Of a stretch of DNA of 64,000 nt, positions 1 to 13,530 are shown piece by piece. The position numbers and the translations under genes are program-made. The stretch is from NCBI RefSeq assembly GCF_009914755.1, contig NC_060940.1. One strand, written 5' to 3'. This DNA is from the human T2T-CHM13v2.0 reference genome, Homo sapiens. The notes below the pieces were generated by a model. That model searched no databases and was not told the DNA's origin. It worked only from the letters and a program-made list of their open reading frames with translations. Position 1 is the first letter of the stretch, and each line of letters opens with the position of its first letter.

Positions 1-905
1 AAAGCTTCCAGGTACCATCCCAGATCAACTGGAAAAAGATCTCTAGGGTGGGGATCTTGGAAACCCCTCTCCCTTCCTCTCTCCTGTTCTTTCTCTCTCT
101 TTCTTTGCACTTCCTAGGTCATTCCATAGTCTCTGTGAAAGTGATATTATCCCTGTTGGTCCTCCTCAGACTCTCCAAGATATGCAGAGCTTTGGGCCAG
201 GATCCTACAGCCACGGGTCATGCAGAGCCAGTTGGCCACATCCTTTGGGGTGAGTGATGCCTAGAAGCTAATTATAATTCCAAAAGGTCTCCACTGAATT
301 CTAAGAACTGCCCATCTGTACCCTCTTTCCTGGACTTTATTTCTTTGAAGACATCCACTTGCCTTAGGCCACTGTAAAATTTACGTTGTAACCTTCAGTG
401 TAATACTCTTCCCAGACTCATCTGTGGCATCTTCAGCCATTTCGAGTCAAAAGTGTTCACCAGAGGAGCGATAGTGGCAGAAGTTACATCTACAGTGAAA
501 TGAACAAATAGACTGAGCTGTACTCAAATTGAGGTTTACCAAAGCTTGTTGGCCAATGGAGAACCAGCTCTCTCTGGAAGGGAGTGAGAGATAGTCACTC
601 TGCCATTCTCTGGTTGAACATAGAGAGGGGAAAAAAATCACTTGTGCACACTTTCTGTTCAGGACTATAGTGGGCGTGAAAGTATATTCTTTTTTTAATA
701 CTGAAACATTTCTGGTGTAAGAAGCTTTGTAATCAATCAGTATTGTCTAAGATAGTTCTAAATGAGGCAAGTCAGTCCATAAAAATAAATTGTGTTTTCT
801 TAAGAACGGTCTTAACTCACCTGTCAGTTTAGATAAACCTCTGCTCAAAAAGTTGAAGTTGAGAAAATTTTCCTGTTATTTTACCAGCTTTGTGATTGTA
901 GATAC

Positions 906-1792
906 TGTAGTGGGCTGACTGGGGTTCCCCTGCTCCCCTTCCAAATATGTCCATGAGCTAATTCCTTGAATCTGGAACCCCTGAATAGGACTTTATTTGA
1001 AAAAAAGTGTCTTTGCAGATGTCGTGCAATTCAGGATTGTGAGAGGGAGTTTATTCTGCATCCTAGACCATTTTGTGATGATATAACAGAATACTTGAGA
1101 CTGGGTAATTTATAAGGAATAGAGATTTATTTCTTACAGTTCTCAGACTTCTCAAAGTCCGAAGTTGAGAGGCCCACATCTGCTGAGGTTATTTTTGCTG
1201 TGTTATCCCATGGCAAAAAGAAGAAGAGCAAGAGAGTATGAGAGACAGACAGAGAGAGAAAGGAAAGAGAACTGAACTCATCCTTTTTATTAGGAACCCA
1301 CTTTCTTGATAATAACTAACTCACTCTTGTGATAATTGCATTAATTCATCCATGAGGACAGAGCCCTCATAAACTCATCATCTCTTAAACGTCCTCTTTC
1401 TCAACACTGCTGCATTGGGGATTGAGTTTCCAACACATGAACTTTGGGGGACATGTTCAAACCATAGTATCCTGAATTTTCTGGGTGGTACCTAAATCTA
1501 ATAATCGGTGTCCTTGTAAGAGTGAGGCAGAGGGAGATTAGACACACAGAAAGAGATCATGTGACCACGGAGGCAGAGATTGGAGTAATGTAGCCACAAG
1601 CCAAGGAACTCTGACGGCTTCCAGAAGCCAGAAAAGGTAAAGAATGGATTATTCCCTAGAGCCCCTGGAGGAAGTGTGGCCTTGCCAACACCTCAATTCT
1701 GGCTTCCAGGACTATGAGGAGACAAATTTCCTGTTGTTTTAAGCCACCCAGTCTGTAGTAATGTGTTATAGTCGTCGCAAAAGACAAATAGA
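906..1792 (+). mobile_element. MaLR solo LTR (MLT1C-like), interrupted by an MST LTR
   Basis: Begins TGTAGTGGGCTGA. Contains MLT1 motifs gtctttgcagatgt, ggaggcagagattggagtaatg and tgttgttttaagccacccagt. Confidence 0.8.
1057..1469 (-). mobile_element. MST-family MaLR solo LTR (MSTC/D-like) nested in MLT1
   Basis: Runs from tataacagaatacttgagactgggtaatttataag to tttccaacacatgaactttggggg..caaaccatag, the reverse complement of the MST consensus. Confidence 0.8.
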
Positions 1793-2354
1793 AGAACTAA
1801 AGTTTTTCTCTCATGTACAGACCAGAAAGGGCTGATTTTAGACAAATAAAGCATGTTTGGGAAATCTTGGCGGGGAGTGGGGACCCACCTGTGGGGGTGA
1901 TCAGTGCTTGTTGGCTAGGGTTCTGAGCCTCAATGGCTGGAGTGGGCCCCCACGTGGGGTGCAGGCTCAGTAGCTCTTCTGGGCTCCCCCTTTTTTGTAG
2001 CCATCAATTTTGGAGCCCTGGGAGCATTTTTGCTGCTTTCTCAAATAGGAATGCAAGTAAGGCAATTTGATTTTGCCTTGATATTTACATCCACAGTTAG
2101 GCCTGATTTCTGCTGATGCAATGAAAAAACCTCTGAACTCACATCTGTATCCATGGGAGGACGGTTTTAGCTCAGGTCCAACTGTGTGAGCCTGTACTCA
2201 GTAAAGTTTAACACAACTTTGCTGAATGTCTATTCTATTCCAGTCCCCGTACTGAGCCCTGGGGCTACCAAGGTGAGTAAGTCACTGTTTCCCAACCTCA
2301 AGAACTCACAATCCAGTGACTGGAATAATAATTCAGTGTAATATGGTACATTTT

Positions 2355-2562
2355 AAGCACTTTTGTGGATATATGGTATGTAGGTAATTGCACTTGTGGT
2401 TGTGTATGTGTGTCTGTGTGCCCATGTGCGTGTGTACTTGTTAATGTGGTAGTGCATATCTGCTTGTTTGTGTATGAATGTGTGCCCACTTGGTGTGCAG
2501 ATGTATGTGTGTTTGGTTTTGTCCACACAAGTGTGTCTATATCTATGTACAATTTTCATGTG
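2355..2562. repeat. Degenerate TG-rich low-complexity tract
   Basis: Interrupted tgtg runs. They explain the HT/CV-rich spurious ORFs here. Confidence 0.75.
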
Positions 2563-3257
2563 CATTTTCAAGGATGAATGTTTTATTTATCTTTAAGAAA
2601 GGTTTTGCAGTCTGCACAAAAGTGATTGCATTTCTTTTTTTTTTTTTCCTTTAGCCAAATTTGGTCCTAACCAGGTCTTACCACGGTAACTGCTAACCAG
2701 TCCATCTTCAGTTAATATTTCATGCGTAAGATGTTTCATGAAGTAACTGATTGGGCTAATGGGTTGTTCACTGGATAAGACTCCCAGATACTCCCTTTCA
2801 TGCCATTCCCCAGAATTCCTTCACCTCCCAGTGCTGTCTGTAAGGGTGAAGGTACTCCATTTTGCCCCATGCTCTTTGCTGTGCCCCAGATAGGCTCAAA
2901 CATTTTTCCCTTTTGGGGATTTTGCAGGTAGGAATTGTTGAACATCTTACCATTTAATCCAGAAGTTATGTCCTTTAAGGAATCGACCCTGAGCCTGTGA
3001 GTTTTACTTTGGGTTGGGGGTGAAGGAGTGGACCTTACAGCATTCAAGGTCATCCAAGATCATCCAATTAAGGCCCCTAAGGTCACTACGGGGGGAAAAG
3101 CCTGGTGAGGGAAGAGAAAGCATTAGGGGGAGCTGCACCGTGCTGAGAAATAACACCACACAGAAGTCTGTGTTCTAATCTCAGCTCTGCTTTGCATTAC
3201 TGTGTGACCTGGAGCTGATCACAGCCCTCTGAGTCTTAAAGGGGTTGGACAAGGCCA

Positions 3258-3392
3258 ACTAAACATTAGAAACACCTGAAAGTGCTGGTTAAAAGGAAGA
3301 ATGCATGAGCTTCACTCCAGATTTACTATATCAGAATTTCCAGGGTCAGGGTCCAAGAATCTGCATGTTTAATACGCTTTCCACATGATTTT
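3258..3392. mobile_element. MER5-type hAT DNA transposon remnant
   Basis: cattagaaacacctg ... cactccagatttactatatcagaattt ... aagaatctgcatgtttaat. Confidence 0.55.
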
Positions 3393-3889
3393 TCCCCCCT
3401 CTGGACTTAAGAAAACAATGGGCAAGTCAGCTCATGAAGAACTTTTCAGATATTCAGACTATTATTCTGAGAGAGAAAATATTGGCAGAGAACAGATGGG
3501 ATTTTTCTCAAGGAAAAGAAATGGAAATCCTACATCTTGCAAGAAATAGAAAAAAATAAATAAACTGTTTGAAGAAGAATCACATCAGGCTGGCAGGAGA
3601 GAGCCTGCGGCTCGGTGTCTGACCCAGAATGTTAAAGCCAGCCTGGCTTGGCTCCAGGATAAAGGACACTCTGTCAGCCTCTCCACATTGATTCATCTCC
3701 CCAGCCCCAAGATCAGGAGAGCATTCTGTTCCTTGAAGCATTTTATGACTGTAAGTCAGAAGTGCTGCAGTTTTAATAAAAAGCTGTATTGTCCTGATCT
3801 TGTGCAGTATACTGAACTATCATTTTCCAACTGTTGGCTTGCATACTGGTTTGTGTGAGTAAGCCCGTCCATCCACATCACTAAAAGAT

Positions 3890-4085
3890 AGTAGTAGTAA
3901 CAACAATGACATTTATTGAGCATTTATCATATGCCAGATGCTAGGTCTAGCCTTTTATAGGAATTAACCCTATTAATCCTTGCAGCAATTCTTTGAGATA
4001 GATGCGATTGTTTTCCCCATTTCAAGGATAAGAAAGCTGAGGCCCAGAGAGGTTAAGCAACTTGACCAAGGTGACACAGCATAGG
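3890..4085 (-). mobile_element. MIR SINE
   Basis: catttattgagcattt ... ctgaggcccagagaggttaagcaacttgaccaaggtgacacagc is the MIR core in reverse complement. Confidence 0.85.
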
Positions 4086-4859
4086 GCCCCTGCTAGCCTG
4101 TAAGAGCCTGTGTGCAAATTGAAACTGGTGTCCCCTTTTGAATTAGAACAAGATGCCCTTTCTGGCAGATACAGCTATACCAGCATACAACTTGGCAAGT
4201 GGTTTTCATAGTTATACAAGGAAGAAGCAGCCCCTTCCTCCAGATTGGCTTGCATAGCTTAGCAAATACAAGGCAATCTGTATTTCAGCTCCAACTCATC
4301 TCCTTAAATGGTGGGAGGGAAATGTATGCAGTGCAAAACCTGCAAAACCATACCAAGTAGCTCTACTACCACTACTAGGTGATGCGGCTGGGATTTTATC
4401 CTAAGCGGTCTGACTCCAGAACCTACATTCTGCCCATAACTAATTCCATTCCTTGGCAATATGTAAAAATAATATATACTTTTCTTTCTTTTTATAAAAG
4501 AAAGATGTATGAGAGCCCACTGAGTGATCAGATGGGAGTACTCATAGCTCAGTCCCGGGTGATGGATCACTCAGCAGCACACTGCTGGCTGCTAGAGAGT
4601 TTTTGATTATTGTCATTTAAAATTATTTTTTTCTCAATCACATATTTTCAAAGGCATACCCACAATGGACTGTTGGTTTAAAATTGGGTAGAAAAGGAAT
4701 CCTGAAGTTGAACTACACATCACAGAGAAGCATGATAATTGTTCAAAAGAGGCTCAAGATAGTCCTTCCCCATTTCCATAGACAGTGTCCTTCTGATCAG
4801 AATTCTTATTTGGTGCATCTGGCATTCCAAAATGAAAGTTAAAAAGAGAAACTTGTTAA

Positions 4860-5831
4860 GACCTCTTGAAACTCAACAGTAAAGAAACAAAAACTCCAAT
4901 TAAAAAATAGGCAAAAGACATGCCGAGATATTTCACCTAAGAGGATGTACAGATGGCATATAAGCACATGACAAAATGCTAACATCATAAGACAGTGGGA
5001 AAATGCAAATTAAAACCATAATGATATTTCACTACACACTTGTCAGAATGGCTAAAATAAAAAATAGTGATAACATCAAATGCTGGTAAGGATGCAGAGA
5101 AACTGGATGGCTCATATGTTGCCAATGGGAATGCAAAATGGATTGGAAAATAGCTTGGCACTTTCTTATAAATGAAACATATGCTCACCATAGAACCCTG
5201 CCAGTGTAACATAAGCAATTGTTACATAGAAATAAGAACTTAGGTGTATAGAAAAGCCTGTCCACCAGTGTTCCTAGAAGCTTTATTTATGATATTCCCA
5301 AACCGGAAACAACTCAAGTGTTCGTCAATGAATGAATGACTGGGTGACTAACGGACTGTGGTACATCCATAGCATGGAATATTACTCCACAATAAAAACG
5401 AAGGAACTGTGGAAATGCTCAGCAAATTAAATGGATCACTAGAGGATAAAGTTGAGTGAAAAAAAGCCAGTCTCAAAAGGTTCCATATTGTATGGCTCCA
5501 TTTATATAATATTCTTGAAATAAAATTATAGAGGTGGAAAACAGATTGGGGATTGGCAGGGGGCGGGGATCACAGGCAGCTATAGAGGGAGAACACTAGG
5601 GAGACTTGTGGTGAAGAAGCAATGCTGGGTTTCGATTGTAGTCGTCATTAAGCAAATCTACACACGTGATGAAATTACACAGAAACACAGGAACACATGC
5701 ACATGAGTGCATATAAAATAGGCGAAACCTGTATAGGCTCTGTGGATTGCATCAATGTCAGTTTCTTGGCTAAGAATTGTGCTAAGTTTATGCAAGATGC
5801 TTGTGGGAGAAACTAGGTGAAGGATGCCTGG

Positions 5832-5835
<4 letters not shown>
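4860..5835 (+). mobile_element. Old L1 (L1MC/L1MD-like), end of ORF2 plus 3' UTR
   Basis: aaactcaacagtaaag..aaaaaataggcaaaagac, atgcaaattaaaaccataatgatat, ctgtggtacatccatagcatggaatattactc. Confidence 0.85.
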
Positions 5836-6375
<540 letters not shown>

Positions 6376-6679
6376 TTTGGTTATTTCCCATTAACCTATA
6401 ACTATGTCAGAATACAAAAATTTAAAAATACAATTATTTTAAAATGTTTATGTATTATTAGGCTACAAGGAATTTGTAATGCAATATACAAATTGTGCAA
6501 ATACTGTAATAATAATAACAAATAATGTTGGGAAGTGAGAAAAAGGGAAATTGTAATCACAATTTTATCTGATTCAGTTTTCCATATGCTAAGAACAAAT
6601 ATGGTCCACACCCAAATGTGGGAAGAGGGGTCCAAGTCCTTGTCTCATGTCTCTTTGTTTAGAAATGACACCTGTGCTG

Positions 6680-7165
6680 GAGAAATCCTCACACATATGC
6701 ATAAGAAAACATGTATGAAGATGCTAGTAGCTACACAGTTTACAGGAGTGAAAAATCGGGAGCAAACTAAATGTCCATCAACCTTTTATGGGGTTCCAAT
6801 TTGTGGACTACTAGGTAGCAGTTAGAAAGGATAAAGAAGATATTCGTATATGTGCATAAGCTTATATATGAGCTTGTGTGTAAGCATGTGGAAGACCTCT
6901 TTGAGTGAAATAGAAGCATTATATTTTTGAGTAAACAAAAGTAATTTACAAAATAATACGTTCTTCTTTGCCACTGTATGATGAAAGAAAAAAAACCCTG
7001 AAATAATACATTCTACATGTAAAGATATGCATATATAATTGTATATTTTTATATAATACAGCATTATATATGCATAGTTTTTATATAAGAAAAAGAGGAA
7101 AGACACACAAATATGTATATGTTTTTGTAAATGAAGAGGAAAATGATGTAGAAGGATGTACTCCA
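6680..7165 (+). mobile_element. Old L1ME-like 3' fragment
   Basis: agaaatcctcacacatatgcataag .. caaactaaatgtccatcaa; highly diverged. Confidence 0.5.
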
Positions 7166-7278
7166 AACTGACAGTACATGTGCAATGATTTGGTTAACTG
7201 CTTCCCAAGTACTGAGCTACCCACCTTACCAACTATGTTATTCAGTCCTTAGAACAACCCAGGAAGTAAGCACTGCTA

Positions 7279-7376
7279 CTGTAAAATTCCATTTTCCAAT
7301 ATGGCATCATAAGTTGGGAAGTAGCTTCTGTAAAATTCCATTTTCCAATATGGCGGCATAAGCTGGGAAGTAGCTT
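7279..7376. repeat. 49-bp tandem duplication within a MIR remnant
   Basis: ctgtaaaattccattttccaatatggc..cataag.tgggaagtagctt occurs twice, with 3 mismatches. Confidence 0.95.
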
Positions 7377-8654
7377 GCCCAAGGCCACAGGTCTGAGCTG
7401 GGAGTTTACTCCATCTGTCTGATTTCCAAGCCAGTGCAAAGATCTCTCCATGCTGACCTTGGATTCTTCCATTGAATCCACCAGGAATGATCAGTCCAGG
7501 CATCTGAGAGAAAATGACTCATTGCTGGAGACTGTGGCTAACAGTAAAGCAGAGCTGAAAGAATGGCCCCAGTGGAGGAGCTAAGTGGGAGTCAGGCCTG
7601 CGAGCCTCCAAGGCCTTCCTTTCACTGTGAACTTAGCTCAAGGCTATTATACATCAGGCGACTGTCTGCTCAGTGAAAGCAAATGACAGCACAGAGCTAT
7701 CACTGTCTAGCTTCCCTGCTGTGGCTGTGACATTGATGATAATCCCTTAGCGGGGAGACGGAACCCCATTCATCTCCTCTCTGAAGCATGGCTCTCCCGA
7801 TGGAAGGGAAGTGTCTGGTGATGGGAAGAAGACAGTTTGGAGGGAGGCAAAAAAGGAGAGGTCTCTGCTGAATGCTGCAGTGGAAGTGGCACCCACTCCT
7901 AACCTGGGAATTAGGTGGGAACATGTGTGTGGGAGAGGAAAGGAAACTAACACTGGCTGGGTGCCCCTCCCACATTGTGAGCACAAACTCAGCCATTATT
8001 TTTCTCTACGGTTGAGGAGCCAGAACATCAAAGAGCTTAGGTGATTTTGATTTTTAAATTAAAATAACAAAACCTTGCACTTTTCTTTTTTATCTCAGCG
8101 TCACTATCTCCTCACATGGAAGCCTTCCCAGATCTCTCTGCCCCGGGACATGTTTCTCTGTGATAGGCTTTCTCGGCATTGTGGACTTTCTTTGTTGCAC
8201 TTTCCCCACCTGGAATGATAATTGAATAATTAGCAATGCAGCTTGTGATTTGATCTCTTTTTCCCTCTCTGGAATGTGAGCTTCACGAAGGCAGAGGCCA
8301 AGTTTGTGCCAATTAGCAAGTCTGTGTTATCCAACACACTGCATGTAGCAGGTGCCCAAAAAACATGGATACATGCATTGCATATTAAAAATAAAACAAA
8401 GTTTTCACGGTATTACAGCTATAATGAATATAATAGAATATTTAGTGATTCAGGATCTTGCTGCATTTATTCACTTAACTCCTTTTTATCTTATTTATCT
8501 CCTAAGATATACATGGTTCTTGGGAATACGGCATGACAAAGCAGACATCATTCTTCAAAGATAAAGTCTTCAAAGATAAAGCTCTCTGTCCAGGGTGGAA
8601 AGGCCTCACAATGGAGCTTTGTGAGCCAAAACCTGATACAAATGTTGTACAAGG

Positions 8655-8951
8655 GGCTGGGCACAGTAACTCGTGCCTGTAATCCCAGCACTTTGGGAGG
8701 CTGAGGCGGGCAGATTACCTGAGCTCAGGAGTTCGGACCAGCCTGGCCAACAGGGCGAAACCCCATCTCTACTAAAAATACAAAAGATTAGCTGGGCATG
8801 CTGGTGCATGCCTGTAGTCCCAGCTACTGAGGCAGGAGAATTGCTTGAACCCGGGAGGTGGAGGTTGCAGTGAGCTGAGAGATTGCACCATTGCACTCCA
8901 GCCTTGGGCAACAGAGCAAGACTCCATCTCAAAAAAAAAAAAAAAAAAAAA
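8655..8951 (+). mobile_element. AluS with TSD gttgtacaagg
   Basis: Full dimer and A-tail. TSD at 8644-8654 and 8952-8962. Small deletion in the right arm. Confidence 0.97.
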
Positions 8952-9667
8952 GTTGTACAAGGTAGGTCTATTGGTCGCTGAGGCTGGCGCCGGGATCAGC
9001 ATCCATTTGTAGCCATTCTAAAGGCTTCCAGGGAAGCCAGGTGTATATTCTACTACTCTCTTGATACCTAATTATCAGGATATTTCACTAGCACCTCAAA
9101 GTCCCCTTCAAGGGATCCTGTCTGGCACCATGAAAAAATCCTCAAGTTGAACTCAGAAAAGAATTGGGTTTCTGTCCAGCCTCCCCATCTTAGTGCTACG
9201 TGACCTTGGGGAAGTCACTCAGAACCTCTAAGCCTTACTTTTTTCATTAGGAAGGAGTTGATTCCCACTTCACAGAGTTTTTGTGATGATTGGCTAAGAT
9301 AATACCCATTATGCACTGCGTGGTGAGCCCATGAGACCTGCTCTGTAGAACTGGGATTGCCTTCTCCTCTCTTTTCTCATTGTGTTCTCCCATTAAGGGC
9401 CCTTGTGCATTTTTGGGCCTCAGGGAAAACCTTGGGCATTCTGTTGCCTCCAAGGCAGATAAGTAAACTCAACTCTAACGAAACTTCTGGGATTTCTAAT
9501 AGAATTCATTCCTTGATCAACACTCGCTTCAGCTTGGAGAAACCGACAAACCCAATACATTAATCTGGCTGTTATTCTACTTTCTCCACCCCAAGGAGAC
9601 CACTTTTTCCTTAAAGATAAAGAATCGCTTTGCAACTTGAATACTTGAATGCCTACAAACGGTGTTT

Positions 9668-9852
9668 GCCTCCCTCCCTCCCTCTCTCCGTTCCTCCCCA
9701 CCTTCCTTCATTCCTCCCTCCCCTCCCTCCCTTCCTCCCCACCTTCCTTCATTCCTCCCTCCCTTCCTCCCTTCCTTCCTTCCTTTTCCTTCCTTCCTTT
9801 CTTTTCCTTCCTTCCTTCCATTCCTTCCTCTCCTCCTTTTTATTGTCTCTCT
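9668..9852. repeat. (CCTT/CCCT)n pyrimidine-rich tract
   Basis: About 180 bp of nearly pure C/T, followed by (CAT)n at ~9890-9925. Confidence 0.9.
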
Positions 9853-10114
9853 CTGAGCTTGTTCCTTATATTCTGGCTTTACATTATCTTCATAATCATC
9901 ATCATTACCATTGTCATCATCATCATTTGCCTTTCCATTAGATACATTTTTCAGGGAGTTGCATGACCTGACTTAATACTCTTTTCAAAAGGCTCATCCA
10001 GATGAACCTGCTGGTGCATTTTAAATTTCCTCCCTTTGTATTCCTAAGTGTTTATAAGAAGAAAACAAGTTACCGCTAAGAAGAAAAAGAAAAGAAGAAT
10101 ATGCCTTTTACAGA

Positions 10115-11097
10115 CTCATGGACAGAAAAGCCTACTTGGCCTCTCCCCTGGGATGTCTGACAGGCATCTCAAGACCAGAGGGCCCCAAACTATACCACTG
10201 TATACCTGCTTTCCTGTATCCTTTCCATCTTTGATGGTAAGCTGTCATTCCAGTTGCTTGGACTCATTCTCGATTTCACTGTTTCTTTCTACCCATATCC
10301 AGTCTATCAGCTGTTGGCTCTACTTTGAAACATACCCAGAATCCAACCAGTTTTCACTATTTCCACCACTCCCACTGTGTTTTCATCCACCATTATCTGC
10401 CATCCATTCCTACAAATTCTCCCAAATGGTTTCCCTCCTTCTTTCTCAGCCTTCCCCTTTGTGGTCTGTTTTCAACACAGCAACCTGAGCATAAGTCAAA
10501 TCACATCTTCCTTAGTATCTTTCCTTTGCATAAAACCTTTTAATGTTGCCCCGATTCACTCAGTGTAAAAATCTAGTTTCTTACAACATCTGGCACCTCA
10601 TTCTCACCTTGACCCCATTTCCCAGTCTCTCCCACTCATCTTCTCTGCTCCAACCGCACTGGCTTCCTTGTTATTCCTCGAACGTACCAGATATGCTTTC
10701 ACTGTAAGACCTTGGCCAGACTGTCTGGAATGCTCTTCCTCCAAGTACCACTTGGCTCACTCCTTCCTCCCTCAGGTTGTTGTGCAAATGTCATCTTCTG
10801 AATGAAATCCACCTCACTACCCTGTTTCATATTGCAAACTGCCTCTGTGGCTGGCACTGCTTATCACCCACATCCTGCTGCACCTCTTCTTGCTTCTACA
10901 GCACTTATCCCACTACTAAGTGATTGATTTATTTACCTATGATGTGATTGTCAACTGTCTGTCTCCCCCTGCTAGAATGTGAGCTTTCCAAGGGCAGGGA
11001 TCTTTGTTTTGCTTTCCATGTACACAAAGCACTTTAGGACAATGTCTGGCACATAGTAGGCACTCAATACACATTTTTTTAAATGAACAAATGAAAA
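10115..11097 (+). mobile_element. L2 LINE 3' fragment
   Basis: ggatgtctgacaggcatctcaa ... ctagaatgtgagcttt..agggcaggga ... tctggcacatagtaggcactcaata .. aatgaacaaatgaa. Confidence 0.85.
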
Positions 11098-11139
11098 AAT
11101 CATGTCTCATCAGATGCAGGAGTTGGGAGACTAGAAATG

Positions 11140-11870
11140 CATCATTCATTCATTCATTTATTCAACACATATCTATGAATCTCTACTGTGTGTTAGGCAC
11201 TATGACGGTTGCTGGGATTTTAATGGTTGACAACACCAGATGTGTTTCATGTTCTCGTGGAAACAGAAGTAACAAAATACTCCCTGGGGAATTTTAATTG
11301 TGATCAGTGCTATTAAGGAGAGGCCCATGTGTTGGAGGCCATCCTAGGGGATTTGGGCTTGTTATAAAGAGTCAGAAGTTTTCACTACGGAAAGGATACT
11401 TGAGCTGAATTATGAAGGGTGAGGAGAGCTTAACTAGAGGACGGGTGGGGGTTGGGGGCAAGGAGACATTCCATGCAGAGGGAATGGCAATGACCGTGTA
11501 GTGCAAAGGAACATGCAGGTTGGAAGAAGTAAGAGAAGATCAGAATGGCTGGAGTGGGATGAGGTGTCTAAAGTGAGACTGGACATGTGGGTAGGGTCCA
11601 AATTGTGCACGGTCTTCCAAGCCATAATCACAAATATGTCCTTTATTATGGAAACAATGGAAATAATTGAAGGGTTTTAAGAAAGTTGGATGGAATGATG
11701 AAAATTGTGTGTTGCCAAGACCCCTGTGATTGTGGAAGAGAAGGAATTGGGCATGGATACAAGTGGGTGCAGAGTCCAGTCGGGAGACTTTTGGAACCAC
11801 CTAAACGAGATGTTGGAGGCCTGGGCTGTTTGTGACGGTGATGTGGTGATGGTGATGAAGAGATGTAGAT
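11140..11870 (-). mobile_element. L2 LINE 3' fragment, tail-to-tail with the previous L2
   Basis: cattcattcattcatttattcaaca .. ctactgtgtgttaggcact ... acattccatgcagagggaa. Confidence 0.8.
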
Positions 11871-11872
11871 GA

Positions 11873-12172
<300 letters not shown>

Positions 12173-12813
12173 TAGATGGTTTTACTTGAAAAATGGCTTA
12201 GAGAAGTCAGATAGCTCATTCTGTGCCACGCAGCTAAGCCTTCTTCAAAAAACAGGCAAAAGTCAAAAGGTAACCTCAGGACTTTTGGGGAGACTCTGAT
12301 GTTGCTGCATCGGGAGGGTGCAAAGAGGTATTGGCGGAGAGCAGGGGAGGTGTGTTGCATCTGCGTTGGCTACAGAGTCCTTCATCTTTACTACCTCCCT
12401 GCTCCCTGACCAGCAGTGTAATCTCTGCTGCCACTATGCTAAAATTCCTGCTCTCCCCAGGGCACATTCTCAGGCTTTTGTGTAGGCTGTAACCCCCACC
12501 TGGCACGCCTTTCCCCCTTTCTCCACTTGACAAACAAACTCTTACTTATCAAAACCCTTTAAAATCAACACTGTTATCAAGCATCTCTAATATCCCTGGG
12601 AAGAATTTCTCTTTGTTCTTTGTGTTCCTGTGAGTTTTGATAAATTTAAAATTATTATTACCCTGTAGTACAACAATTCATTTATATGTTTGTCTGTCAG
12701 ACTGTTTGATGTCTAACTCAGTCTCTTGCACAAAGTAGTCATAATAACAATATCTAAAGTTTATCATATGCTCATATGCTGATATGATATCATATCGTAT
12801 CAGGTGCTAAGGT

Positions 12814-13230
<417 letters not shown>

Positions 13231-13319
13231 TGAATGATGGGCCAGGATTCACATCCACGCATTCTTTTGTCACCCACTACTTGTAGCATTCATTAATGAA
13301 CCTTGCCCACAACAATTAT

Positions 13320-13530
13320 TGCTGTGGTATAGAAAGAATAGGTTTTGAACTTCAGCTTTTTTATTCACTCATTGTATGACCTTGGGAATGTCACTTTACC
13401 TTTCTGCATCCTAGTTCTTCATGCATAATAAAATAGGATTCATTATAGGACTGATATTGTCATGAGGGTTAAATGAAATTAGCATGGAAAAATACTTGCC
13501 TAATCACATATTAGATACTCCACTAATAGT
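13320..13530 (+). mobile_element. MIR SINE
   Basis: tgtatgaccttgggaatgtcactttacct ... ttgtcatgagggttaaatga. Confidence 0.7.

Noticed and set aside
8552-8581. Short tandem duplications (tcttcaaagataaag x2; also 61591-61610 and ~57286-57320)
   Set aside because: Common slippage events of 10-17 bp with no sign of function.
9630-9966. Pro/Ser/Phe/His-rich ORFs
   Set aside because: Translations of CCTT and CAT simple repeats.
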